Of a stretch of 64,000 nt of DNA, positions 15,581 to 23,889 are shown piece after piece. Made by a program: the position numbers and the translations under genes. Below the pieces are notes generated by a model. The model had not been told where the DNA came from. It made no database searches and saw nothing but the letters and a program-made list of their open reading frames with translations. The stretch is from the sequence record NC_019401.1. One strand, 5' to 3'. How positions within the stretch are numbered: the first letter of the stretch is position 1; each line of letters begins with the position of its first letter.

Positions 15581-15871
15581 GTTTTAATTTATATTGGAGA
15601 AAAATATGTCAAAAATTATTAAGTCTATTAAAAGTGATTTGGAAAAGATGGTATCTTTAGGATTAGCATCAACTGAAACGGTTAATAAAGTTATTCCAAT
15701 TTCTAATGTTTCTTCGAAGAAGAATTCTAAAAAGAAATAAATTCAAGTTTTAATCAAATTCACCAGTCGTACTATGGTTTGACACGGATAGCATGTTATC
15801 CTATTAAGGTCAGAATAGAATACGTATTAGTTCCTTGGTCGGAACTTATGTAAACTCAATTTGTACTAATT

Positions 15872-15925
15872 TAGAATCTAACAGCAATTAAAACTTCTCG
15901 GATATAGAAAAAACAATAGATTCTA
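15872..15925 (+). ncRNA. minimal ACAGCAA element
   Basis: TAGAATCTA/TAGATTCTA; TTCT-CGGATAT-AGAA hairpin. Confidence 0.7.
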
Positions 15926-15951
15926 GCTTTGATTAAACTAAAAGGTTTGAT

Positions 15952-16185
15952 ATGAAAAATATAAAAATGTATTTGTTACAGCGTGAAAATAGAGATGATG
16001 ATTACGTAGGAGTACTTAACGGTACTAACGTTATGGTCGTATCTGATTTACTAAAACATATTTGGACTAATCCTGACCGATTTATAGCAGAAAACTTAAC
16101 ATTCCCATATACATTAGAAACATATTATGGTGATGTAAATATTCTTGACACGGCTACTCTTGTATGGGAACGTGACATAGAATAA
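15952..16185 (+). CDS. hypothetical protein
   Basis: ORF track. Confidence 0.6.
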   Translation: MKNIKMYLLQRENRDDDYVGVLNGTNVMVVSDLLKHIWTNPDRFIAENLTFPYTLETYYGDVNILDTATLVWERDIE

Positions 16186-16198
16186 AAAAAAAGAATTT

Positions 16199-16262
16199 GG
16201 AATCTAACAGCAACCATATATTGAACTCAACTGTTAATTGAAAACCTCAAAAAATGGATTCC
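16199..16262 (+). ncRNA. minimal ACAGCAA element displaying an Asn(GUU) anticodon stem-loop
   Basis: GGAATCTA/TGGATTCC; TCAA-CTGTTAA-TTGA. Confidence 0.75.
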
Positions 16263-16279
16263 CGCCTTTTTAAAATAAA

Positions 16280-16308
16280 TGAAACACCACAAAAAAATGT
16301 GGTATAAT
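16280..16308 (+). promoter_or_regulatory. TGAAAC-N17-TATAAT promoter (RNA-gene class)
   Basis: Directly upstream of tRNA-Asn. Confidence 0.75.
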
Positions 16309-16324
16309 ATAAGTATAAACAAAT

Positions 16325-16397
16325 GGTTACGTAGCTCAGCGGTTAGAGCGTTCGCCTGTTAAGCGAAGGGTCGCTGGTTCAAATCCAGCCGTGATCG
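16325..16397 (+). tRNA. tRNA-Asn(GTT)
   Basis: GGTTACG/CGTGATC; TTCGC-CTGTTAA-GCGAA. Confidence 0.93.
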
Positions 16398-16401
16398 CAA
16401 A

Positions 16402-16465
16402 AAGAATCTTGCAGCAAACATATTAAACATATTTTTTGGGTAAATAAACGTTAAAACGGATTCTT
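16402..16465 (+). ncRNA. minimal GCAGCAA element displaying a Pro(UGG) anticodon stem-loop
   Basis: AAGAATCT/GGATTCTT; ATTT-TTTGGGT-AAAT. Confidence 0.7.
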
Positions 16466-16473
16466 GTTTTTTT

Positions 16474-16546
16474 AGGGGATTAGCCAAGTTGGTAAGGCAC
16501 ATGGTTTTGATCCATGTATGCGGAGGTTCGAGTCCTCCATCCCCTG
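16474..16546 (+). tRNA. tRNA-Gln(TTG)
   Basis: AGGGGAT/ATCCCCT; CATGG-TTTTGAT-CCATG. Confidence 0.93.
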
Positions 16547-16682
16547 CTAAATCACTTCCTTTGTGATTTAAGCTGGTATGATTCCCCTAGCTTGTAAAAT
16601 TATATAACGGGAACCGCGTTGCACCTGAATGGGTCGGGTCGTAAAGATCAAGTACATTCAATACTGAGAGCGGCAGTACACT

Positions 16683-16754
16683 GCATCCATCGTATATCGG
16701 CTATTATAATTGGCTTCCACCCAATAGAACGGAGTTCGACCCTCCGTGGATGCT
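16683..16754 (+). tRNA. tRNA-Gly(TCC)
   Basis: GCATCCA/TGGATGC; ATTGG-CTTCCAC-CCAAT; U73. Confidence 0.93.
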
Positions 16755-16874
16755 CAAAATTTAACAAAACAATATAAGGTAAATTATATGCTATAGAATC
16801 CTAGTACTGGTCCTCCTGATAAGTTTAATTCAGAACAAACTACTAAATTAAACAATATCAAAAAGGAACATATT

Positions 16875-17201
16875 ATGTTAAACAAAGAACAATACATTAC
16901 TGTAAAAACAACCTGGAAAAAAGTTAAAGAGCACACTGTACACGAACACATTATCTATAATGTACTTCGGGGTAAAGATGCTGATGAAGGGTTTGTAGCC
17001 TTAACCGATTGGGGTCGTTTGAACGCAAGTGATAACAATCCGTGGTTTAACTATGATAACGCAGTACGCGAAATTCATTATCAGTTGAATGCAAAGCGTT
17101 ATAGCTATGAAAATACAGTAAAACATTATTCCGATGTTTTCGGCATTGATTTAACTCCTGAACTAGTTGCAGAAGTACTACAAGCAATTAAGTTCAAGTA
17201 A
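16875..17201 (+). CDS. hypothetical protein
   Basis: AAGGA RBS. Confidence 0.75.
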   Translation: MLNKEQYITVKTTWKKVKEHTVHEHIIYNVLRGKDADEGFVALTDWGRLNASDNNPWFNYDNAVREIHYQLNAKRYSYENTVKHYSDVFGIDLTPELVAEVLQAIKFK

Positions 17202-17208
17202 CAGAATT

Positions 17209-17264
17209 TAGAATCTAACAGCAATTAAAACTCATTTGGATAATATGAAAAACAATAGATTCTA
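17209..17264 (+). ncRNA. minimal ACAGCAA element (near-copy of 15872-15925)
   Basis: TAGAATCTAACAGCAATTAAAACT...GAAAAACAATAGATTCTAG. Confidence 0.7.
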
Positions 17265-17289
17265 GTACTTTTTTAGCTAAGAGACAAAT

Positions 17290-17526
17290 ATGAAACGTGA
17301 ATTCATGCATTTTATGCCTGATCCAAAAGCGAAAGAACCAAAGAAAACAATGACTCCTGAAGAATTTGCTGATATGTTTGAAGAACAACTCAGAAAGATG
17401 ATAGAAGATGGTGAAGAATATTGTGAACTTCGAATTGATATTCCAGATAATTTAACACCTGAACAAGCGGCAACGTTTGTTGAAGAAATCATTAAACGTC
17501 TCAATGATGAGGGTGATGATGAGTAA
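17290..17526 (+). CDS. hypothetical protein
   Basis: ORF track. Confidence 0.65.
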   Translation: MKREFMHFMPDPKAKEPKKTMTPEEFADMFEEQLRKMIEDGEEYCELRIDIPDNLTPEQAATFVEEIIKRLNDEGDDE

Positions 17527-18004
17527 TACTACTGAAAGAACTTTACAGGTATTACGCATGTTCTTCAATAACAAAGAACAACTACAATCAATGGTTGACA
17601 ATGATACATTAAAATGTCATCCTTCATTAAAGTTCTATGTTAAGCATGTACTTGACGGTACTGTTGATAGTTTGGATATGCAACTATATTCACGTGACAT
17701 TAACGAGTATCACAAAATTTACTTAGACTTGAAAGAAAAGAGTAAACCAATTCACGGCAACTTCTACAATGACTTGCGTCAGCGTTATTTTGATTTGCTG
17801 AATTGTACCCCAATTGAAAACTCAAGTGAACCATTAAGTGACACTCATATTGCATGGATGTTAACTAAACTCTCAGATGATACAATGTCTGAAACTAAGA
17901 AGCATCGTTGGTTGGGATATATTCAAGGTTGCATGGCGTACCGTGGATTTATTACAGTGAATGAAGAACGCGATAACACACGTGAAGTATTCAAAGGAAA
18001 ATAA
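17519..18004 (+). CDS. hypothetical protein (C-terminal KHRWLGYIQG motif)
   Basis: Start moved to ATG 17519 (GAGGG RBS). Confidence 0.7.
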   Translation: MSNTTERTLQVLRMFFNNKEQLQSMVDNDTLKCHPSLKFYVKHVLDGTVDSLDMQLYSRDINEYHKIYLDLKEKSKPIHGNFYNDLRQRYFDLLNCTPIENSSEPLSDTHIAWMLTKLSDDTMSETKKHRWLGYIQGCMAYRGFITVNEERDNTREVFKGK

Positions 18005-18005
18005 T

Positions 18006-18209
18006 ATGAAGTACTTTGTACGATACACATACAAAGCTGATTATAACAATGAAATTCATGATTATGATCGAATCGAAGAAAGTGATATTATTAGTACTGA
18101 AGAAGAATTTGAAGATATTTACGATGTGAAAACAGTACTGAAAGGTATGTTCACATGGAAAAATCTTCAAGAAACAGATTTTGATATTATAGCTTTAACC
18201 AAGCTGTAA
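18006..18209 (+). CDS. hypothetical protein
   Basis: ATG 18006 with AAGGA RBS. Confidence 0.65.
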   Translation: MKYFVRYTYKADYNNEIHDYDRIEESDIISTEEEFEDIYDVKTVLKGMFTWKNLQETDFDIIALTKL

Positions 18210-18216
18210 TATTTTT

Positions 18217-18288
18217 GGAGCCATCGTTCAACGGTTAGGATACGGCACTGTCACTGCTGAGATGGGGTTTCGATTACCCCTGGTTCCG
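18217..18288 (+). tRNA. tRNA-Asp(GTC)
   Basis: GGAGCCA/TGGTTCC; CGGCA-CTGTCAC-TGCTG. Confidence 0.9.
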
Positions 18289-18306
18289 CAAAAAATAAAA
18301 TAATTA

Positions 18307-18537
18307 TTGGAAATTACAATGCATAAAGCAGTATTAATTTTTGAACATACCTGGTATCAATATGATGGTGATTACTCACGTACTGAAACTGAAGTACTAA
18401 CTTCTGATACCGAGCAAGGCTTAGACAAGCTGATTAAAAAAATAACTGAAAAAACTGTTCGTAATGACTATGGCGATTTTGGTTTAATGACTCATACATG
18501 CGTACTAAAAAGTACTGAAAGGTTTGAGACTAAATGA
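18307..18537 (+). CDS. hypothetical protein
   Basis: ORF track. Confidence 0.55.
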   Translation: MEITMHKAVLIFEHTWYQYDGDYSRTETEVLTSDTEQGLDKLIKKITEKTVRNDYGDFGLMTHTCVLKSTERFETK

Positions 18538-18794
18538 ACAAAAAAGCTAAGCAACGAATAATGAATAAATTAATCGAAGCTGAACCATCATTGAGTACCG
18601 ATTATAAAAGACAGAATCGTTTTAAAAAGATTATTCTGATGAGTAGTAAATGTACTGGTGATAAAATGAATGAAGAACGTATACTTAATATGTTACTTCA
18701 TAATATTGAAAACGCAAAACAGTTTCACGCAGCAATTGCGAAAAGTGCTCTCAGTAATGAAAGTTACTATGGATTGTTGTGTGGCAAACCATAA
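18534..18794 (+). CDS. hypothetical protein
   Basis: ATGA-type overlap with the upstream ORF. Confidence 0.6.
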   Translation: MNKKAKQRIMNKLIEAEPSLSTDYKRQNRFKKIILMSSKCTGDKMNEERILNMLLHNIENAKQFHAAIAKSALSNESYYGLLCGKP

Positions 18795-18872
18795 TTTCCC
18801 GAAAGGGTGACGATGTGAATAGTGCATATCACTGCTGTATGTGACAATACAGTACTATTAAAAATAATAAAA

Positions 18873-18948
18873 GTTCGTGTAGCTCAACTGGAATTAGAGC
18901 GTTCGTCTACGAAGCGAAAGGTTATAGGTTCGATCCCTATCATGAACA
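18873..18948 (+). tRNA. tRNA-Arg(ACG)
   Basis: GTTCGTG/CATGAAC; TTCGT-CTACGAA-GCGAA. Confidence 0.92.
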
Positions 18949-18970
18949 CAAAATCTAAAGGATTAAAGAA

Positions 18971-19192
18971 ATGAGTAAACTACTACATATGGTTAAAGAC
19001 AAGAACGTCAAGTTTAGCCATTATAAAGAAAATGAGTTATGGTACAGTACTGAATGCGGCTTTATGTTTCCCGTTCCCGTAGCTGATACTGGTAACGCAG
19101 AATTTAAAAATGAAGATAAAGCCACTTTCTTCATGCGTTGGATTCGTAAACACCTTGATATGATCGAGGCTGAAAGAGTTCAAGCTGAATGA
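18971..19192 (+). CDS. conserved phage hypothetical protein
   Basis: LWYSTECGFMFPVPVADTGNAEF..EDKA.FFMRWIRK pattern typical of large myophages. Confidence 0.7.
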   Translation: MSKLLHMVKDKNVKFSHYKENELWYSTECGFMFPVPVADTGNAEFKNEDKATFFMRWIRKHLDMIEAERVQAE

Positions 19193-19506
19193 GAGAACCA
19201 ATGACTGATGAGAATTGGAAAGAAGTTCATACGATAATTGAAAATTATATAAACAATGGTGTTGATACCATATTTGGATATATAACGTATGATTACTTTC
19301 CAAAGTACTGTTATATTATTGCGACTGGCTTTAGTTTTACAAATGAATATATTCATTTTAACGGAACCCGCCGTAATATAGATAAAGTGCATTCTGAAGA
19401 GTCATATTTTCAGCAAAGTACATGCCATGATTTTGGTGAAATATCACTAGAAGAAATACTGGCATTAAAAGAAATCTATGAATTTATGATAGGGGATTTT
19501 CCGTAA
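19189..19506 (+). CDS. EExxFQxST-family protein
   Basis: HSEESYFQQSTCHDFG. Confidence 0.7.
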   Translation: MREPMTDENWKEVHTIIENYINNGVDTIFGYITYDYFPKYCYIIATGFSFTNEYIHFNGTRRNIDKVHSEESYFQQSTCHDFGEISLEEILALKEIYEFMIGDFP

Positions 19507-19536
19507 GGTTAATCCCTTTTTTCGTTTAGGGATTAT

Positions 19537-19932
19537 ATGGCAAGTCTAGTACAAAAATTTAAAGCATTTACTGATTTATCAGAACATAACATATCACAGG
19601 TTTATACATCGTTGTATGTAGAAAAAAGAGTTGTGAACTTTCATCCGAACTTTGCCCTGTTCGCTGATATGGAAGATGTTCTTGTACTTGAAGTAACGCA
19701 GAAAGAAGTACTAACATTCGTTGAATTTCATGAAGAATACATGCATGTTTCAGTATCGCGAAATTTTACTGAACATGAAATTGAAGATGCTGAAGATTTT
19801 GATTTGAAATATGATGCAACACCAGAATGGTTGTTTCAATTGAGTACTGTTCATGATATGGGGTTCATAGAAGGAAGATATATGAAACACTTGAATAAGT
19901 TACATGAACTTTATAGCACGGAGTGTGAGTAA
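19537..19932 (+). CDS. EExxFQxST-family protein
   Basis: TPEWLFQLSTVHDMG. Confidence 0.7.
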   Translation: MASLVQKFKAFTDLSEHNISQVYTSLYVEKRVVNFHPNFALFADMEDVLVLEVTQKEVLTFVEFHEEYMHVSVSRNFTEHEIEDAEDFDLKYDATPEWLFQLSTVHDMGFIEGRYMKHLNKLHELYSTECE

Positions 19933-19935
19933 TTT

Positions 19936-20346
19936 ATGTTTAAAGAAATTATTGAGCAAATAGATTACAATTTAGGTAAAAAATCATTAGTTGTAGAAAA
20001 AAAGATTATAAAATATGAATTATCTGAAGTAAAAACTAATAATAAGGAATCTGATTTTCTTTTTAGAGTTAGAATATTGATGGATTTTTCACCCTCTGAC
20101 CCTGAACAGTTGATTTATTATAATTTTTATATAACTCCAAATGATGGAATTAATGTAATAGTACATGGTGGGGCTTGTAGTTTTATTTGTAGGCAGTACG
20201 TTGAAAATATTGATGATTTTGAGAGTACTGTATTACAATTTAGTACAATTATTAATATGTATGATTTAGATAAAACATATTATTCAGTACTATTAAAAAT
20301 TAGAGATGATTTCCTTGAAAAAAGAACTAAATCTAAAAATATTTGA
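19936..20346 (+). CDS. EExxFQxST-family protein
   Basis: FESTVLQFSTIINMYDLD; tandem paralogue of the next ORF. Confidence 0.65.
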   Translation: MFKEIIEQIDYNLGKKSLVVEKKIIKYELSEVKTNNKESDFLFRVRILMDFSPSDPEQLIYYNFYITPNDGINVIVHGGACSFICRQYVENIDDFESTVLQFSTIINMYDLDKTYYSVLLKIRDDFLEKRTKSKNI

Positions 20347-20734
20347 ATTATGCTCTTTACGTGCAACGTATAATTGGTTCTCAAATAAAAATTCAGTACA
20401 AGACACTAATATTAGTTTTCAATTTGAAACTAAAAAGTACCAAGGACAGGGGTTGTTAATTTTCTCTATCTATATATACGATGGAAATAGTTGCAGTATA
20501 TTTAATTTTTCATATGATGAATCTGATATACTAGGAATTTCAATTATAGAAAAGGAAAATGTAATTCATTGCTCAGAAGTTTTAAATGAAGAAGAATTTG
20601 AGGCCAGATTATTTCAAATTCAAACAATAATTGATACTTACGATTTGGATACTAATATGTATCAAACAATGCGAGACTTGTACCGCATATATTTCAGAGA
20701 GAAATATGAAACAGTTCATCAAAATATGGTATAA
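20306..20734 (+). CDS. EExxFQxST-family protein
   Basis: FEARLFQIQTIIDTYDLD. Confidence 0.65.
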   Translation: MISLKKELNLKIFELCSLRATYNWFSNKNSVQDTNISFQFETKKYQGQGLLIFSIYIYDGNSCSIFNFSYDESDILGISIIEKENVIHCSEVLNEEEFEARLFQIQTIIDTYDLDTNMYQTMRDLYRIYFREKYETVHQNMV

Positions 20735-20735
20735 T
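20707..20735 (+). promoter_or_regulatory. TGAAAC-N17-TATAAT promoter (RNA-gene class)
   Basis: Directly upstream of tRNA-Pro. Confidence 0.7.
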
Positions 20736-20754
20736 ACCATAAGAAATAAAATTT

Positions 20755-20829
20755 CGGAGTGTGGGCTAATTGGTTAGCCGCCTAGTTTGGGACTAGGAGT
20801 TTATGCAGGTTCGAGTCCTGTCTCTCCGA
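20755..20829 (+). tRNA. tRNA-Pro(TGG)
   Basis: CGGAGTG/CTCTCCG; CCTAG-TTTGGGA-CTAGG. Confidence 0.93.
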
Positions 20830-20848
20830 CAAATATAAAGGAATTGTC

Positions 20849-21049
20849 ATGAAAAACGAAAAAGTAACATTACAATTATCAGTTGAAGAATTTAAATGGT
20901 TGGAAAAGATTTGGTCAAGTCGAGTTCGCCTTGGTGAAAATATTCTTACTCGCTACGAAGAATCAGACCTTCCACCAAATTTTCATGATAATTTTGATAT
21001 TGATAAATCTATCCTAAATGAGATAGAGCGGATTAAAAATGAAACGTAA
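20849..21049 (+). CDS. hypothetical protein
   Basis: AAGGA RBS. Confidence 0.65.
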   Translation: MKNEKVTLQLSVEEFKWLEKIWSSRVRLGENILTRYEESDLPPNFHDNFDIDKSILNEIERIKNET

Positions 21050-21353
21050 CAGACAAATGATCCTCAGTACTGAATCAGAAACCGATATTAAAGTTACAAG
21101 AATAAACAATCGTTATCATGCAAGATTATTTGTGAACGGTATATTTTCTGATGAAATGGCGTGTGAATTACGTTCAGATGTTGGGTGGATATGCAGAGAA
21201 ATGTTGCGTTGGTGCGATAAATTAGGTGCAGGTAATAAACATACTGCAAGTGCTCGCCGTCGCCATAATAAAGATGATGCACCTCGCGGTAAAGTACTTT
21301 ATTACGGTGAAATCCAAAACAATATTGCTAAACACAAGGCTAAAAAGAAATGA
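21039..21353 (+). CDS. hypothetical protein
   Basis: ORF track; tiles with neighbours. Confidence 0.7.
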   Translation: MKRNRQMILSTESETDIKVTRINNRYHARLFVNGIFSDEMACELRSDVGWICREMLRWCDKLGAGNKHTASARRRHNKDDAPRGKVLYYGEIQNNIAKHKAKKK

Positions 21354-21790
21354 GATTATCCGATAAGGATCTCGAAACATTAAAAATCATGAACGAAATT
21401 GAATTTGATTTTGAGTCATGGAATTATAGTCAATATAATTTTGGGTGTTTCTTTACAAAAGATACTACTGATTTAACAATCAGCGTAAGCTTTCACAATA
21501 TGGGATCTCAAATTGATATATCTTCTCCTGGATCTGGATATAGATTGGGTGTAAGAACTTATGAACCATATCTAGGCAATAATAATGAAGTACTTTTCAG
21601 GAATAAAGTTTATGGTCTAGTATTCGGTAATATAATCATTACAGAAAATTCAGTATCTGAAATTGAATATGAATTACTTAGTAAAGTACTATCTAAACTT
21701 GATCAACATAAAGATGCATGGAAACTGTTTTGGAGAGAAGATAATGATTCTCCTGATTCGGGTTCAAGCCCAGATAGTCACACCATTTAA
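21350..21790 (+). CDS. hypothetical protein
   Basis: ATGA overlap. Confidence 0.65.
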   Translation: MRLSDKDLETLKIMNEIEFDFESWNYSQYNFGCFFTKDTTDLTISVSFHNMGSQIDISSPGSGYRLGVRTYEPYLGNNNEVLFRNKVYGLVFGNIIITENSVSEIEYELLSKVLSKLDQHKDAWKLFWREDNDSPDSGSSPDSHTI

Positions 21791-21801
21791 GAATAAAATA
21801 C

Positions 21802-22254
21802 ATGATTAACTATTTCGTTAAAGAAATTATAAATTCAATTGTTCTTTCAGTCATTCAATATGATTCAGATAGAATAATTATAAATGAAAGCTATAAATGT
21901 CCTTTACCTTTTAGTTCAATAATTAATCCTGATGGTCATTTTTGTGTAGGTGATTATATATTTGGTATATACCACGACAATATCAGTACATGTGCTGCTC
22001 GGTTGACTTACATAGAACCGTTATTTGATGGTGGTGGATGGTATAATTTAGTACCGCAAATAGTTATTGGTAATGATGAAATATGGACACCAGAATATGG
22101 AACATTACCAATTTGTACCACAGAAGAAAAGCACTTTCAAGAGATGACTCGTACTGATTTTAAAGGTTTAGAAATTGAAGACTTCCAAGAAATAAAACAT
22201 TTCAATGATATAATTTTAAGGTGGGTTTGTGAGTGTAGAAAAAATTCTAAGTAA
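21802..22254 (+). CDS. EExxFQxST-family protein
   Basis: TTEEKHFQEMT. Confidence 0.65.
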   Translation: MINYFVKEIINSIVLSVIQYDSDRIIINESYKCPLPFSSIINPDGHFCVGDYIFGIYHDNISTCAARLTYIEPLFDGGGWYNLVPQIVIGNDEIWTPEYGTLPICTTEEKHFQEMTRTDFKGLEIEDFQEIKHFNDIILRWVCECRKNSK

Positions 22255-22477
22255 AATGAGACAGAACAAAAGAGATTGGTCAATACAAAGTTTACTCACT
22301 GTAGCAAGAAAACTTAATATACCATTTTCAAACCATAGATCAAGTCATTACATATTTAAATACGAAGGTATAATTGAGAACCTGAGTATCCCGGAAAACA
22401 AAAAAGATATCCACCCGGACTACATTACAAAGTTTCTTAGATTTGTGGATAGAGTTCAGGAATTGCAAAGCGGTTGA
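22229..22477 (+). CDS. HicA-like toxin (dsRBD-fold RNase)
   Basis: EKILSKM...DWSIQSL...SSHYIF...LSIP...IHPDYITKF HicA pattern. Confidence 0.65.
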   Translation: MSVEKILSKMRQNKRDWSIQSLLTVARKLNIPFSNHRSSHYIFKYEGIIENLSIPENKKDIHPDYITKFLRFVDRVQELQSG

Positions 22478-22491
22478 TAAGCCGCTAAAAT

Positions 22492-22565
22492 GGGTCGGTA
22501 ACTCAGTTGGTCAGAGTGATACACTGAAAATGTATTGGTCGCGAGTTCGAATCTCGCCCGTCCCA
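22492..22565 (+). tRNA. tRNA-Phe(GAA)
   Basis: GGGTCGG/CCGTCCC; ATACA-CTGAAAA-TGTAT. Confidence 0.93.
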
Positions 22566-22599
22566 CAAAAAGTACTTGACATGAAATGATTTATCTGCT

Positions 22600-23085
22600 A
22601 TGATAGCACTGTTAACCTTCAAACAGGAAATAAACTTTATGCTTTGTAAAATTAAGAGTACTTTGAATTTCGTAAAAATCTGGCCCACCGAGGGTCGCCG
22701 TGAAGACACGCCCTTCGTGATCCTAAGTGACAGCCAGGAAAACGCGAATGCTGAGGTTTCTAAAGTTGTAGAAACCTGGAACAGCATCGAAAAAGATAAT
22801 GCTGGTAATATCGTATACCAATGTTATCTTAAAAACGTAAAAACTGAAGCAATCTACATTGCGTCTTCATTTAAGCCCGCACCAGGCGATGTTGTACTTG
22901 ATGATGATGCAGTACTTCGTTTTATCACCACCAACAAAGTGTATCTTGTTCCTGATGATTCATGTTGGGTAGATGAAAATGGAAATGAAGTAAATTGGGT
23001 TACCCACAAAGTTATGCTTAACAATGATGTATATAGTGGTATGTCTGTACAAGATTGTATTAACACACATATCAATAAAAAATAA
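22600..23085 (+). CDS. hypothetical protein
   Basis: ORF track; TTGACA-N17-TATGAT promoter upstream; real start probably about 22639. Confidence 0.7.
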   Translation: MIALLTFKQEINFMLCKIKSTLNFVKIWPTEGRREDTPFVILSDSQENANAEVSKVVETWNSIEKDNAGNIVYQCYLKNVKTEAIYIASSFKPAPGDVVLDDDAVLRFITTNKVYLVPDDSCWVDENGNEVNWVTHKVMLNNDVYSGMSVQDCINTHINKK

Positions 23086-23241
23086 GAACAATGGGGATAA
23101 CAAGATTTATCCCCTAACGGAAGCTTATGTTTAGCTTTTTAAAACAACTTTTTTGTAATCATTACGAGAAGAAAGAAGTTTGTAAGATACATTACTTACC
23201 TGGAATTACTGAACTCATTTATAGTAATATATGTAAAGAGT

Positions 23242-23535
23242 GTGGAAAAAAATTGGGAAAAAGTACAACTAAGCAGGTTGGTACAAATGAAAAAGAATAA
23301 AGGTCTGTCAGACTTCATTCAAAAAGCCATGAATACTCCTGATATGATTCAGCGTGGTAAGATTCATGGTTCTGATTCACCAATGCATCATAATTTATCT
23401 CGTAAAGAGATAATGAAACTTCTCGATGCTGGTGATAAAGGTACTGATACAGAGATAACTGGCAGTACTCCAGAAGAAAGAAAATCAAGTTTACGCAGTA
23501 TTCTTGATGAACAAAAAAAGAAAAAAGGTACTTAG
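23242..23535 (+). CDS. hypothetical protein
   Basis: ORF track. Confidence 0.55.
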   Translation: MEKNWEKVQLSRLVQMKKNKGLSDFIQKAMNTPDMIQRGKIHGSDSPMHHNLSRKEIMKLLDAGDKGTDTEITGSTPEERKSSLRSILDEQKKKKGT

Positions 23536-23546
23536 TACCTTTCAAT

Positions 23547-23619
23547 ACCTCGTTAACTCAGTTGGTAGAGTAACGGTCTTTTAAACCGTGAGTCGCTGGT
23601 TCGAACCCAGCACGAGGTA
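23547..23619 (+). tRNA. tRNA-Lys(TTT), uninterrupted
   Basis: ACCTCGT/ACGAGGT; ACGGT-CTTTTAA-ACCGT. Confidence 0.93.
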
Positions 23620-23637
23620 CTAATATTAAGGAATATA

Positions 23638-23820
23638 ATGAAAAGTACTGAAGAACAATTCTTAGATTTTCTATCTAAAGATACTGATGAGCATCCTGAA
23701 AATGTTCATCCAGTATCAAAAGAGTTATGGGGACACGTTAAACAATTAGTTCAGGGTGTTGAAGTTGATTTAGACGAACCATTGGAAGATGAAGATGAAA
23801 CCAGAACAATGGATAATTGA
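23638..23820 (+). CDS. hypothetical protein
   Basis: AAGGA RBS. Confidence 0.6.
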   Translation: MKSTEEQFLDFLSKDTDEHPENVHPVSKELWGHVKQLVQGVEVDLDEPLEDEDETRTMDN

Positions 23821-23889
23821 TGATATGCGAGCGATGCGAGCTATCAAAGAACGCACATATGAACAACAAGCATACCTTGATTTGCTTCA

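Noticed and set aside
10603-17264. ACAGCAA repeats as a CRISPR array
   Set aside because: Copies are dispersed, irregularly spaced and variable with covarying helices; there are no uniform spacers and no cas genes.
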